This document shows positions 1 to 11,047 of a DNA stretch of 64,000 bases, in pieces. The position numbers and the translations under genes are program-made. Under the pieces are notes generated by a model. The model worked only from the letters and a program-made list of their open reading frames with translations. It did not search any database and was not told where the DNA came from. Numbering within the stretch: position 1 is the first letter of the stretch; each line of letters begins with the position of its first letter. Origin of the DNA: Thraustochytrium aureum (taxonomy: Eukaryota); assembly GCA_012862495.1 (NCBI GenBank), contig BLSG01000325.1, positions 1-64,000 on the forward strand, written 5' to 3'.

Positions 1-583
1 GAAAGGCAGGAAGATCACTGTGGTTTGTCGAGATGAGTCTGGCCATTCTATCTCGGTCGATGTTCTTCAAGCTGACGCCAATGAGCGGCCTTTTGTGTTG
101 GCGCTGTCAAACGACACCCTGATCCATTCCGGTAGGTGTGGTTGTGAGCGCTTGAGCAGCCGGAAGGCGCGACGAACACAAGGTGCACGAAGTTGCACTG
201 CCGAAACTTGTTTCGAATTAGCGGTATCTCGCTGCGCAACGGCGGCTGCACGCTGGTGAGGACGCAGACCAGCCTCATGTAGTAAGCTGAAAGGTCGAGG
301 AGAATCAAAGGCTCACAAAACTCTACGGATGATGGCCTGTGATGCTCTGGAAAACATACAAACTCAAAAGCAATAGCAGTCGGCACAGTCAGGCAGCCTC
401 GTCGTAAAGCTTGCGAGTTGTTGACCATTCTGCGCAAACAGGCATTGACAATTTCTTTCAGGGTGATTGGGACACCACTCTCCAGGGCTGGCTACTTTCT
501 TCACCCTTTCTGGTGCCTGGGCCCTGGAAGGGAAAACGGATGGGACGCCTGGCGGGCCGTGATGTGTCAGCGAGGAGGAGCGC

Positions 584-2047
584 TTATGACCCGTGGACCC
601 CACGACGAACGCGCTTGGCTGCGGCTCGAGCTCCAGCCAAGTTTAGTGCCCCTGGCCCCAGTTGGAGCGCAGCCAGAGGGCCTACAACGTAAGCCTCAAC
701 ATCTGGCCTCCAGCGCAGAACTTCATCAAGGACGGGAAACCCACCGTAGAGCTCAGGCGGACAATCTGAGATCAAGTCCGCAAACAGCGGATTTTTGGAG
801 ACGTCAGCCACGAAACCCGTCGCGAGCCAAATCTCATCGAACATCTTGGGTTTTCCACGACCGTTCCCGAACGACACTTGCCAAACCCGTTGGGTTCGCT
901 CCCAGACGGCTGACTCCACCTGCTCGTCCTCTCGGATCTGCAACCGTCCGTCTTGCTCGAGTTCGCGTAGGAGCTGGTATAGCTCGGGCGTGACGCTGCC
1001 GCCGTTCTTGGCGCGCTCGAGCTGGCGCGCCTTGTCGTAGAGTGCCGTAGGACCATGCCAGGACCAGAATTCGCTCAGCAGCAAGTTGCGCCGACCGCCC
1101 ATCCAGGGCAGTGGGAGATCAAAGCTTCGCACTTGTAGAGCTCGCCGCGCTGCCAACGTCACCATGCAGGCACCTTCTTTGCAAGCGCGAGCAGCAAGCT
1201 GTGCAGCAGTCAATCCGCCTCCGACGACGAGCACGCGCCTTCCGCTGATATTTTGGTATGCGACTCCTTCTCTGTTGCGGCGCACCAAGTCCGCAAAGTG
1301 ATAGAGCTGTGGAGCCGTCTGTCCCGCCCTCGTGTGAGCCCAGCAAGGGACCGAAGGCTGGCCGAGTGAGCCAGTGGCAAAGACGACTCGCCTTGTGGTC
1401 CACACCCTCGTGTCGTCCAACTCGACGCGGAACGTGTGCGCTTCAGACGGTTCGAGCAGCTCAGGGACGACCCGGACGACGCGACCCTTCTGAAGGATCG
1501 GGTCAAGTTTGTACCTTGCGACGACACTGTTGCAAAAGTCTTCGAACAAAGCCACGGTTGGGACATGAAAGGGGCCGTGATAAGCCTCTTGCCTCGCGAC
1601 TGGAATTTCCCTGGTTTCTGCGAGTCTTTTCTTGCGTGCCGCCCACACACGCATGGCCTCCACGTCGACGGGGTCGGGATGCGCGTGCATTGTAGACCGA
1701 AGATGTGATATGTCGAGCGCCTTCATCTGCTCCTTCCAACTCCAGAGCCAACCTTTGTCGCCGTCCGCATCCACTACCACGATCCGGAGTGATTTGGCCT
1801 CGTCGCGTCTCTCCCTCGCCGAGATCGCCTGCCAAATTTCGCCATCCCGCCGCCGTACAGAGCACGTGCAGTCCGCTTTGAGCTTGTACGCACATCGCCT
1901 GCCGTTAGGAGCTCGCCTGAACAGGTTTTTGTTCCATGGCACCTCGGCTTGGTTGTCCTCGAACTTTTCGATCATGGCAGAGGCCGTGGCCAAGCCGTGT
2001 GGACCAGCGCCGATGATCACAACATCAAAATCGAAATTCCGCTCCAT
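584..2047 (-). CDS. FAD/NAD(P)-dependent oxidoreductase (class B monooxygenase-like, 'HLRS' type)
   Basis: N-terminal Rossmann motif DVVIIGAGPHG, second motif VLVVGGGLTA, ATG motifs (VFATG, WLATG), HLRS..H.HP segment and C-terminal GPGALNLAGAR. Start taken at MERNFDFD (2047). Confidence 0.8.
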   Translation of the reverse strand: MERNFDFDVVIIGAGPHGLATASAMIEKFEDNQAEVPWNKNLFRRAPNGRRCAYKLKADCTCSVRRRDGEIWQAISARERRDEAKSLRIVVVDADGDKGWLWSWKEQMKALDISHLRSTMHAHPDPVDVEAMRVWAARKKRLAETREIPVARQEAYHGPFHVPTVALFEDFCNSVVARYKLDPILQKGRVVRVVPELLEPSEAHTFRVELDDTRVWTTRRVVFATGSLGQPSVPCWAHTRAGQTAPQLYHFADLVRRNREGVAYQNISGRRVLVVGGGLTAAQLAARACKEGACMVTLAARRALQVRSFDLPLPWMGGRRNLLLSEFWSWHGPTALYDKARQLERAKNGGSVTPELYQLLRELEQDGRLQIREDEQVESAVWERTQRVWQVSFGNGRGKPKMFDEIWLATGFVADVSKNPLFADLISDCPPELYGGFPVLDEVLRWRPDVEAYVVGPLAALQLGPGALNLAGARAAAKRVRRGVHGS

Positions 2048-2235
2048 GTCGCGTGGCGGGCGAGTTTCGGGACTGCCATGCAGTCGGTCGCCTGCACAAC
2101 GCCCAACCAGAACCAACGAGAGCGGTGCTCTCCCTTTTAAAAGCAAGAGCCATTTTTTCAATCAATCGAAACATGTCGTCGCAGAATCCAGGATTCTCTT
2201 CACTTGCAGCCTCTCCGAGCTCTCCCCAGCTAGAG

Positions 2236-3903
2236 CTAGACAGGCAAGACCCCCTCCGCCGTTGCGGCCTGCGCTTGCTTTCCCAGCAGGGGAGAGGCAC
2301 GCTGCGGACTCGTGATATAGCGCCTGAAGCGCTCGCGTGCAGCACGAACAACGTCAGAATCATCTTTGCAAGCCCTCATGCGGTACTGACACGGGAAGAG
2401 CGGCCCGACGAGGAATGATCGTGGATCCCAAAGCATTTCCCACACCGTTGGGCCGAGGCCAAGGTCGGCAGCGACCTGCTCTTGCAACTCGGAGGACAGG
2501 ACGACCTCACCGACCGTGTGTTGTGCGTTTTTTGCTGCATCGTTGTCTGGCCCCCGGCTGGCCCGTCGCTCTAGGTCGGCGCGCATCTTGTCCAACGCGA
2601 CGATCGGCCTGGTAGGGCTGGCAAGGGTCGCGGCCACCAAGCGCGCTTGCATCTCCAGCGCTGGCCAGGCAGGGCCAAGGATGTTCACGAGCCCCACAAA
2701 GGCAATATCTGGCTCCTCAGGGTGGAGCGCGTGCCGGAAGAGGCACAAGTCGCGCGCAAGTGGAGGCTTCATTCGGGCCAGCAAGTCGTCCGGCAAGAAC
2801 GGGAGGTGGATCTCATAGCCGGTGGCCAAGACGACCAGGTCAAAATCCTCAAGACTGCCGTCTGCAAACGTGACGCTTGAGCCCGAGCTCGACGCTGGCG
2901 CCGGTCTCAGCACCACCTTTCCGGATCGCACGAGCTCGACATAGTCAGACACGATGGCAATATCTGCAGGGCCCAGTTTGGCGGCGGCGCTCATATCCAC
3001 CCCGAGGCGTTCAGCGGCCACCGCCGGATCGGCGAGCTCAGCGAGCTGGTCTGGGTAGGCCTCAACAAGTCGCTCAGCTGGGAGCGCTTCAAACATGGAG
3101 CTCTGTAGACCGCGCAGCTGTGGCACCCACCGAGAGAGCACGAGTGGGAGGCGCGTAAAGAAGGCCTCGTCCATCACGACCCCGCTCGCAGGCACCAGCT
3201 TTGAGCACATGAACCTTGAGCGACGCACAGAGTGGACTAGTCGCGCGCAAGCAGCGTCGGCGAGCACAGAGACGATTTCAGAGCCTGAGACCGAGCTGCC
3301 AACGACGAGGACGCGCTTGCCTTTAAAGTCCTGGACAAACTTGAAATCTTGGCTGTGGAGAATGCGGTCCTTCGAGAACCCGCAAAGTGGTCCAGACGGC
3401 TCGTCGGCCATTCTGGTGCGAGCTGCACGGACATATCGCCCACTGCACACGACGACGGCGTCAAAATGCCGTTGCGCTGGGCCGTTTGGCCCCGTCGAAA
3501 CCACGTTCCAGCCGCGGCGACCTCGAGGGAGCCGCTCAACGCGATCCACCGTTGTCGAGGTCTCGACGAGCTTGCCGATTTCGTAATGCGCCGAGTACGC
3601 CTCCAAATAGGCGAGCGCCTCTGAGTGGTGGGGGAATACGTCCTCGAAGGCTAGGTGTCCGAAGCGGAAGGTGTCTACGTGCTCTTCCCAGCCAAAGTCA
3701 GAGAATTCGCACATGCGTCTGGAGGTATTCATCTGCATAGAGTCCCAGACCGCGCTCGTTGGACTACCAAAGTTCCATTGGCCCCCAAGCGCGTCGCTGG
3801 CTTCGTACACGGTCACGTCGAGCCCTTGCGCGGCGCACTCTTTTGCTGTCACGAGTCCGGCGGGGCCAGCGCCGATCACGCATACTGAGCGCCGGCCCGC
3901 CAT
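2236..3903 (-). CDS. Flavin-containing monooxygenase (FMO family)
   Basis: VIGAGPAG FAD motif, GGQW, NTSRRMCEFSDF, FMO-type FxxxxxxHSxDF (FSKDRILHSQDF), VVGSSVSG NADP motif, ATGY and ALEMQAR. Confidence 0.92.
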   Translation of the reverse strand: MAGRRSVCVIGAGPAGLVTAKECAAQGLDVTVYEASDALGGQWNFGSPTSAVWDSMQMNTSRRMCEFSDFGWEEHVDTFRFGHLAFEDVFPHHSEALAYLEAYSAHYEIGKLVETSTTVDRVERLPRGRRGWNVVSTGPNGPAQRHFDAVVVCSGRYVRAARTRMADEPSGPLCGFSKDRILHSQDFKFVQDFKGKRVLVVGSSVSGSEIVSVLADAACARLVHSVRRSRFMCSKLVPASGVVMDEAFFTRLPLVLSRWVPQLRGLQSSMFEALPAERLVEAYPDQLAELADPAVAAERLGVDMSAAAKLGPADIAIVSDYVELVRSGKVVLRPAPASSSGSSVTFADGSLEDFDLVVLATGYEIHLPFLPDDLLARMKPPLARDLCLFRHALHPEEPDIAFVGLVNILGPAWPALEMQARLVAATLASPTRPIVALDKMRADLERRASRGPDNDAAKNAQHTVGEVVLSSELQEQVAADLGLGPTVWEMLWDPRSFLVGPLFPCQYRMRACKDDSDVVRAARERFRRYITSPQRASPLLGKQAQAATAEGVLPV

Positions 3904-4669
3904 GTCGAGCTATGGCAGCGCTGTCGCGCTGCGCCAAGCGGTAAGGGAACTTGTCCAGGCTCCCAAGACCCCTCCCCTGTATGTACCTAGCTAGAGGTAT
4001 ACCGTACCTGGGCAGGCCTATGCTCTCGATCTTCTGATTGGTTGAACGAGGGACTGCGTTGGAGCGGGAGCCTCGTCAGGTCCAGGTGCGCGCACAGCAG
4101 AGTTCTGTGTCCACCCTTTGCATACAAGACGGCCTGACGTTNNNNNNNNNNNNNNNNNNNNNNNNNNNNNNNNNNNNNNNNNNNNNNNNNNNNNNNNNNN
4201 NNNNNNNNNNNNNNNNNNNNNNNNNNNNNNNNNNNNNNNNNNNNNNNNNNNNNNNNNNNNNNNNNNNNNNNNNNNNNNNNNNNNNNNNNGATTGAACGTG
4301 CAACTATTTCGATCCGCACGCGATCGTCAACAAGCTCGTTACGGACGCTTGGCGCCAACATCAGGAGGCCATCATTCGTCGGGCTGTTCGCCAGGATTCA
4401 GTCTTTCGGTTTCTAGAGTCCGACTGGTCTTCGGGCTCGTCAGCTGCACGCGGCTCCGTTGCGCGCAGAGATGTACCGGCACAGGCCGCCTCGCCTCCTT
4501 ATGCAGCCTGTCTCCCTCTGCTCTCCTAGCTCTCTCTCTAGTAGAGAGCTACGAGAGAGTAGAGAGAGTCTTCGCGCCCGCCGTAGTTGATAAAAACACC
4601 TTGGATTGTAGTACTTGGTTGGATAGATCTATCGATTGATTGAATGTGGGAAAGCCATTCGCTCCCGCG

Positions 4670-4751
4670 AGAGCTCTAGCACTCCTTGCTGCCGCGTGCG
4701 ACGACCTGCGAGAGCTCTAGAACTCCTTGCTGCCGTGTGCGATGACCTGCG
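4670..4751. repeat. 41-bp tandem duplication spanning the stop codon of the Tweety-like gene
   Basis: 4670-4710 and 4711-4751 match at 38 of 41 positions. Confidence 0.9.
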
Positions 4752-6177
4752 CGTCCTGGGGGTCATAATACTCGTCAACGTAGACGCCGTTCTCAAAGCG
4801 ATCAAACTTGAAGATTCGGTAAACGATCATGGCCGCCATGAGAGACGCCGCTCCAAGCGCCATGGTCACCCACATAGTGGCCAGCCCTGCAACCACGCCA
4901 TTGCAGAGCGCATCGTTGACGGTAGCGGCGTAGATCGGGTTGATGACCGAACACTCGGCGACATCGAGCACGTCGTCAAGGAGCGCGTCGACCTTGCCGA
5001 CCTCGGTCTGAAGCGCGACGATGCTCTCTTGGCACTCGGCCGCGCCGGGCGGCACCGAGCCGGTCGCGTTCTCGATGGCCTCGATGCTGGCATTGACCGA
5101 ATCGGCAATCTCGTCGATGAGCTGTGTCGCATTGGCGCTGAATCCGAGCACGTCTCCGACCTGGCTCTGCAGCGGGTTTTCGCCCTCGCAGCTCTGGTAG
5201 TAGCACAGGAACGAAAAGGGCTGCTCGTCGCAGAAGGCGACGCCCGGCGCGCGGCTCTCGGCGCTGAGCTCTTCAGCGAGGCGCCGGATGTTTGCCGAAG
5301 GGCTTGGCACACACAGATCGGCGCCGATGGTGGTGATCACAGCCATTATGCCAATAAGGATCCAAATCAGCAGGAGAAGAAGGACGCCAACCGAGAGAAA
5401 GCACGTGCCTGACACTTTGGAGATGCACGCCACGCACTTGTTGTCACGGCCTGGGGCGTTGGGGAGCACGCGCAGCAGAGTCGAAATGGTGAAAATTCCG
5501 GTGAGCGCAATGATGCAGGCGATCAAGATTGTGAACGCAAGCTTGTAATTCTCCATGTAGGGTTCCGCCGAGGAAACGACACTGTCAAGCTCGCTCTTCA
5601 CGCTGTTGAGCTCAACCTCGAGATCGTCAACCACCGTGGTCATGTCAGCCGTGATCGCAGAAAAGTCCGTCGTCGGAAACGTTTCGTTCGTTGCGTTTAG
5701 AATAGCCGCGCAGGCGCTTGCTGCGACACCGCTTTGCGTGTCGAGCGTGGTGACAAAGTTGACCACGGCGCGAGCGTCCGCGACAGTTTCTTCGACGACT
5801 TGGATCAGGTTTCCGGCTTGGTCAAATGCGAGATCGACCCCGTTCGATCCCTTGACGTTGGCACCAATGGAATAAAACCAACCAAAGCAGGACAACACCA
5901 TGAAAGCCGTGAACAGAATCGAGGCCGACTTGTTGCCGCAGCATTGGCGCTTGCAGCACCCGACGCAGCAGAGGGCAAACAGCCAGATGATGAATACTGC
6001 CCACATGATCGCCGGACCTGCTCCGATGCCGATCAGGTATTCGCCTTCGGGGCTCGAGGTGGACAGCTCAAAGTTTTCCGGGATGAAAACCTCGTTGTCG
6101 CCCTTGATGCGGGGCGAGTTGTGCAGCAGCTCAAGCACGCCCGCAGGCGTGAAGACCGGCGGCGCGTACGCAGCCAT
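4717..6177 (-). CDS. Tweety/prominin-like 5-TM membrane protein
   Basis: Five hydrophobic segments, Cys cluster after TM1 (CCVGCCKRQCCG), G.N..GV helical loop, and ADLCVPSP, YYQSC and C..INPIY..TVNDALC motifs typical of Tweety. Confidence 0.7.
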   Translation of the reverse strand: MAAYAPPVFTPAGVLELLHNSPRIKGDNEVFIPENFELSTSSPEGEYLIGIGAGPAIMWAVFIIWLFALCCVGCCKRQCCGNKSASILFTAFMVLSCFGWFYSIGANVKGSNGVDLAFDQAGNLIQVVEETVADARAVVNFVTTLDTQSGVAASACAAILNATNETFPTTDFSAITADMTTVVDDLEVELNSVKSELDSVVSSAEPYMENYKLAFTILIACIIALTGIFTISTLLRVLPNAPGRDNKCVACISKVSGTCFLSVGVLLLLLIWILIGIMAVITTIGADLCVPSPSANIRRLAEELSAESRAPGVAFCDEQPFSFLCYYQSCEGENPLQSQVGDVLGFSANATQLIDEIADSVNASIEAIENATGSVPPGAAECQESIVALQTEVGKVDALLDDVLDVAECSVINPIYAATVNDALCNGVVAGLATMWVTMALGAASLMAAMIVYRIFKFDRFENGVYVDEYYDPQDAQVIAHGSKEF

Positions 6178-6812
6178 GTTGGCGTCCGTCCTCCGACCGC
6201 TTGTATCGCGAGCGCGCTGTTGATGAGACTTGGTTGGCCTGCCTGGGCTTGAGCGCGTTGCCTGGGCTCGCTCACTAGCTAGCCAGAGCGAGGTCTGCCT
6301 GTTGCCCGATTGGTGTCTGGAGCTCTGAGAAGGGTGGAATCATCATGCTGCCTGGCCTTGTCAGAATACGAGTGTGCGCTCATGCAAAAGCATCGCAAAA
6401 AGCATCGCAAAAAGCATCGCCAAAAGACGCGTGGATGCATTTGCTTTGACTTGGCCTCACTGGCCTGCCCACGAAGTATTGTGAGTACTTACTCTACCTA
6501 CTCTACTCACTTTACTTCTAAAGTCATACTCTAGCTAGTAGTAGACTACCAAATGTGAGACGCGCTGCAGGCAGAGTGTGTTTGGTGTGTGAGTCGGTCA
6601 TTACAAGCAGTGGTTTTGGTTCATCATGATGATGATTGGACGACGAGCCAGCACAGCACAGCACAGCCTGCCAGTGAGGAAAGTCGAAGACTCTGAGCCG
6701 GGGTGTGCACCCCGGCTGCCAGCGCACCGCCGCCCAAAAACGAGGCTTTGTGGTCGTGGGCGTGGCGGGCGTGTGCAGTGCATCGATCAGCGGAGTACAG
6801 TGTGGTGTTGTT

Positions 6813-8318
6813 TTACCGTGACGGCTCGCGCGACCGCTCATCAAGTTGAACGCTAAAAAAGAGTAGAGTATGTAGGTAAGTGGTACTCAATCGGTAACAG
6901 GTATTGCGCACGGGTCCCGACCCACGCGCGGCGACACCCCAGACGGTGCGGCTCATGGGGATCCAGCGGCCCTTATTCGCATTACAGCGATTCGAGAGGG
7001 TCTCGACCAAGGCCTTGGCCTCCTCCGAGGACAAGTCCAAGTTGGCGTTGGCCGAAACGTTCATTCGCGAAAGGGCCCCCAAGCGGTCCAGGTCAAGCGG
7101 CAGCGAGGCCAGATCGTTGCCATTGAGGAAAAGGGTCGAGATGGCACCGCAGGCTGACAGGTTGGCCGATGACACATCGGTGAGCTTGTTGGTGCTGAGC
7201 TTGACAATCTTGAGCGCCTGCAGCGCAGAAAAGTCCGGAAGCTCCGCCAGGTGGTTGGAGGTCACGTCAAGTGTCTCGAGCGTCGCGCAACGCATGAGCG
7301 AGGCGGGTAGACGTTCGAGGCGGTTGGTGCTGATGTCGACCACCTCGAGATTCGTGCAGGCGTCGAAGGCGTCATCGGGGATCTCGGACAACTGGTTGCG
7401 ATTGACCTGCAGCTGACGAAGAGCCGGCATACCCCCAAAGTCGCGCAGGAAAACGATGTTGTTCCACGAGATCGCGAGGCGCTCGAGCTTGGCCCACTGC
7501 ATGGTGCTTGGCAGAGTCTTGAGTTTGTTGCCACCCAGATTGAGGTCGACGAGCCCAGCAAGGCCGCTGAGCGAGTTGGGCACAGCGGTGAGCTTGTTGT
7601 TGAAAAAGTTGACCTCCTCAAGCGCGGCGCAATCTCCAATCGATTCGGGCAGCTTGACAATCTTGTTCTTGAATGCTATCAGCGTCGTCAGCGCTGTCAG
7701 CGAGCCGATCGTGTCAGGCAGCGACTCGAGCGAGTTTTCCGAAATGTTGAGCTTCTCCAGCGCGACCAGCCCGCAGATGTGGTCCGGGAGCACAGCGAGC
7801 GAGTTTTCTGAGAGGTCAAGCTCGCGCAGTCCCGTGAGCGTGCTAAACTCGACGGGAAGCTCCTTTAGCTCGTTCTTTTTGAGCGACAAGGTTGTCAGCG
7901 CAGGGCCGATGGCGAGTACGGAGTCGGGTAGGCGCGAAATCGGGCCGAGGCCGAACGCGTACATGCAGCCGGTCTGCTCAGCATCGTCCCGGTCGGCGCA
8001 GCTCAGGTTTAGCTCCCCGGACGCGACCTGCGCGGCGACGAGGGCCTCGACGCTGCTGGGCGCTGACCCGCCGTTTCCCTCGATGATCTGGACATACTTG
8101 CAAGCGAGTTGGTGCAGCGCGTTGCGCCGTTCCTTGTAGAGCTCAGCGTCGCCACCTGAGGGCGGCGCCTTTTCAAGCTGCGGTCGACAAAACTTGGCGC
8201 ACCCTTCGCTGGCCTCGATCATGACGACTAGCTTGCCGAACAGCTCGGCAAGCTTGGCCACGTCATCCGTTTCTGCCATCAGCTCCTCCGCCCCGCCAAT
8301 ACTGGACGCGGCCCCCAT
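6813..8318 (-). CDS. Leucine-rich repeat protein with predicted N-myristoylation
   Basis: About 13 repeats of LxxLxLxxNxLxxLP. Start MGAASS matches MGxxxS. The exact C-terminus is uncertain. Confidence 0.85.
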   Translation of the reverse strand: MGAASSIGGAEELMAETDDVAKLAELFGKLVVMIEASEGCAKFCRPQLEKAPPSGGDAELYKERRNALHQLACKYVQIIEGNGGSAPSSVEALVAAQVASGELNLSCADRDDAEQTGCMYAFGLGPISRLPDSVLAIGPALTTLSLKKNELKELPVEFSTLTGLRELDLSENSLAVLPDHICGLVALEKLNISENSLESLPDTIGSLTALTTLIAFKNKIVKLPESIGDCAALEEVNFFNNKLTAVPNSLSGLAGLVDLNLGGNKLKTLPSTMQWAKLERLAISWNNIVFLRDFGGMPALRQLQVNRNQLSEIPDDAFDACTNLEVVDISTNRLERLPASLMRCATLETLDVTSNHLAELPDFSALQALKIVKLSTNKLTDVSSANLSACGAISTLFLNGNDLASLPLDLDRLGALSRMNVSANANLDLSSEEAKALVETLSNRCNANKGRWIPMSRTVWGVAARGSGPVRNTCYRLSTTYLHTLLFFSVQLDERSREPSR

Positions 8319-9525
8319 TTTCTGTGGTCGCTCGCCAGTGACGCGAGTCGTTGCTGCGGTAGAGTTGGTGGAGCTTCGCCTGCTGCGTGCGCCAGGGCGC
8401 CGCACGTTTCTGCCTCGGCCTGGCTCGTCCGTGCGTGCGCGCCTGCTCGAACTTGGCAGGGCTAGCGACCAGCGTCCGGCGAGCCTTGTAGCACTGCTTG
8501 GTTTTACATTTTTGTGCGTTATGTGCGCCGAGGCTTTCCGGCGCCCCCTCCTTCCAAACCGTGCACCGTTCAGCGGGAGGTGGCCAAAGCAGAGTCCGTG
8601 TGCAGCGAGAGTCAGACGAGTCCTCTCTCTTCTTGCGCGCAGCGGTTTTGCCTTTCTATGCTTTAGAATAGATAGTAGGTAGCTCCGCGGCGGTGCCAAC
8701 AGCACGAGTAACGCCTCTCATTCTGCGGGTGAGGGCGGACAGGTGCGACTCATGTGCCTCCAACGAGAGCCTTTGCGCCTTAGGGCGCAGCCGCGAGTGT
8801 TTTTGGCTTTCCCTTTGCACCCTGGGGGGGGAGGAGGGCAGGCAAAGCTCGGTGTGGCGAGCGGTCCTGCGACCTTCTCAACGCTTTCCTTCTCTTTTTG
8901 TGCAGCGCGGGGTTTGCACCCGCGCGATGCGACAACCGGAGGAGACCAGTGGGACCTGCTCTGCACCAGACTCTGGTCGAATTTGGAGCAAGCAAGAGAG
9001 GTGAACGCATGCCGACAGCTCTTTGTTTAAACGTCTTGGAGTCTTCCGAGATCCGCGCAGGCGAAGCGAGATCAGTTGCAGCAGGCGCGCAGGCGAGCGA
9101 GATCAGCTGAGCAGGCGCAACGGATCAATCTGTCCGATCTTTCCGCATTCTGTCGCTTGCGATTCCTCCTCCCCGTCCTGTGCTCGGTCGATGTGCCCGC
9201 GATGACCGATTCTATCGATCCCGGGCCCGGCCGCCACCTTGGCGCTTGCTCAGAAGCCGCAGCTCTTGTTCGGGAGCCTCGTCCGGGTCTTTTGGAAAAA
9301 ATCCGTTCTTCTCACGGCCAGGTCGCTCTCGCTCTCGCTCTCTCGAGTACTAAGTAGTAGATGACTGCTGTCAGTGCTGCGTCGCAACAAGCCCAGCAGC
9401 AACATCCAACGCTCGGCGACGAGCAAAGGAGCATGCGCTCGCCCGCTGATGACTGAAGAGCAAAAACGTGACGCGTTTGCGATTTTATTTGAATTCACTA
9501 TAAATACGCGCGTTCCGTTCGAAGA

Positions 9526-10026
9526 CTACTTGGATGCAGGCTTCTTCTTGAGCAAGTAGAAGGCGAGGCCGGCGGCTGCCGCGACGCCGACCCAAATCAT
9601 CATCGAGCTCCCTTCCTGGGCTTGCGGCGATGCCTTTGCCGGGCGCAAAGAAGGCTTGGCCGCCTCTTGGACCTTTACTGTCGTCTCGGTCTTGACGACG
9701 ACTGGGGCTGCCGCAGTCGCAACCACAGGAACAGACGCAGTCACCTTTGCAGTGGTCGAGGTGGACGAGGCCTCACCGACACTCCCGATCAAGTACTTTT
9801 CCAGCATTTCGTCCGCCTCAGCCGAGTGGCCCACATCGTCGTAGTCAACCGTGGCGCCCTCGCCGCCGGGGCCCGCGCCTGCGACGTCGGTTACGATCTC
9901 CACACCGCCGGGGTGGTCGTCCAGGTACTTTGTCACGTCATAGACCTTGCCGCGGATGATAATCCAGCAGTCCTGCTCGGTGTTGTGCTTGGCGATCTCC
10001 TCCAGCGAGTACGAGGCCACCACCAT
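9526..10026 (-). CDS. Cytochrome b5, tail-anchored
   Basis: [28 protein letters not shown]...DVGHS heme-binding motifs, C-terminal TM followed by a basic tail. Confidence 0.95.
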   Translation of the reverse strand: MVVASYSLEEIAKHNTEQDCWIIIRGKVYDVTKYLDDHPGGVEIVTDVAGAGPGGEGATVDYDDVGHSAEADEMLEKYLIGSVGEASSTSTTAKVTASVPVVATAAAPVVVKTETTVKVQEAAKPSLRPAKASPQAQEGSSMMIWVGVAAAAGLAFYLLKKKPASK

Positions 10027-11047
10027 CTTGCAGTGCCGGTGCTGTCCCTCTCGCTCCTCGCGCCTGCCTGTCTACCAGCTTGCCTTCCTGCCTGTCTCCG
10101 CAGCTCTGCCTAGCCCTGCTCTCTCGATGCGTGCGCAACTTCGAGTGGGGATGCGTGCGCAACTTTGAGTGGGGTCTGCTACCTGCCTGCCTGTCTGCTT
10201 GCCTGCGCCTGCCTGCCTGCGTGCCTGAGCAGCCGACCTGCTCGCCCCTCGTCCTCTTCAAGTGCGCCAGGGCCAGCCTGCAACTGTTGCAGAGTGAGCG
10301 AGTGAGTGAGAGTCCTGCCGCGTCTCCCCACTCTCAAGTGTGCAAGGTCAGGGAATACTTGGACGCTGCCAGCGAACCTGCAGAGAGAGCGAGCGGCCTG
10401 CAGAGGGGCGTGTCGGGAGGGGTCGCTTGCTCACAAGGCACGCCGCGCTTGGCCGTCTCACGACGGCCTCTGGCGGCGGCTGCGGGATCTGCAGAATGCA
10501 GATGCCTTCCCGCACGCCTCTCTGCAAAGGCCGTCAGTCCGCACCAGTTTTCTCGCGGCTTTTCGTCCTGTTTCTGTTCTGTCTCGTCATCAGCCTTGTC
10601 GGCGAGCCTTGTCGGCCGTCTCTCGCGGGCGCTCGATCGAGATGCGCGCGAGGGCGACCGAACGGCGATCGTCGCGCCCAGCCATGTCGCATCGCTGCGC
10701 AACACGACCACTCTCTCGACTAGCTCGAGCTCGAAGAGAGTTGGACTTGGGTAAGTACTACTCACCTCGGTGCCAGCGCCGCCCGCTTTTGCGACGGCCA
10801 AGCGCGCGAAGAGGCAGGCGGCCACGGCGAGCGAGAGAGCTCGAACCCCGGAGGGTTGTGAAGCAAGCGGGCGGCAGCCTGCCCGCTCGTGTTGCCACGG
10901 TCGCCGCCAACGAGCGACAAGTTGTTTGCGTCAGGCGCCGCATCGAGTGGGATAGGACAGACTCTGACGCGCACGCAACCGTTAATCAACCCAACGCAAG
11001 TCCTGGAAAGCCGCGTAGTCTGTTTTAAAGAGGTCGAGACTCAAATG

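Noticed and set aside
1..283. Possible 3' end of a plus-strand gene
   Set aside because: The frame is open from the window edge, but no motif is recognisable and the splice or stop is ambiguous.
4636..5412. Long antisense ORFs (also 33014-34147, 38792-39670, 48749-49885 and others)
   Set aside because: These are shadow frames caused by high GC3 in real genes on the opposite strand.
10125..10173. Short direct repeats (24 bp here; AAAGCATCGCAA x3 near 6387; 27 bp near 25459; 15 bp near 57071)
   Set aside because: Ordinary local slippage duplications with no terminal inverted repeats or other element structure.
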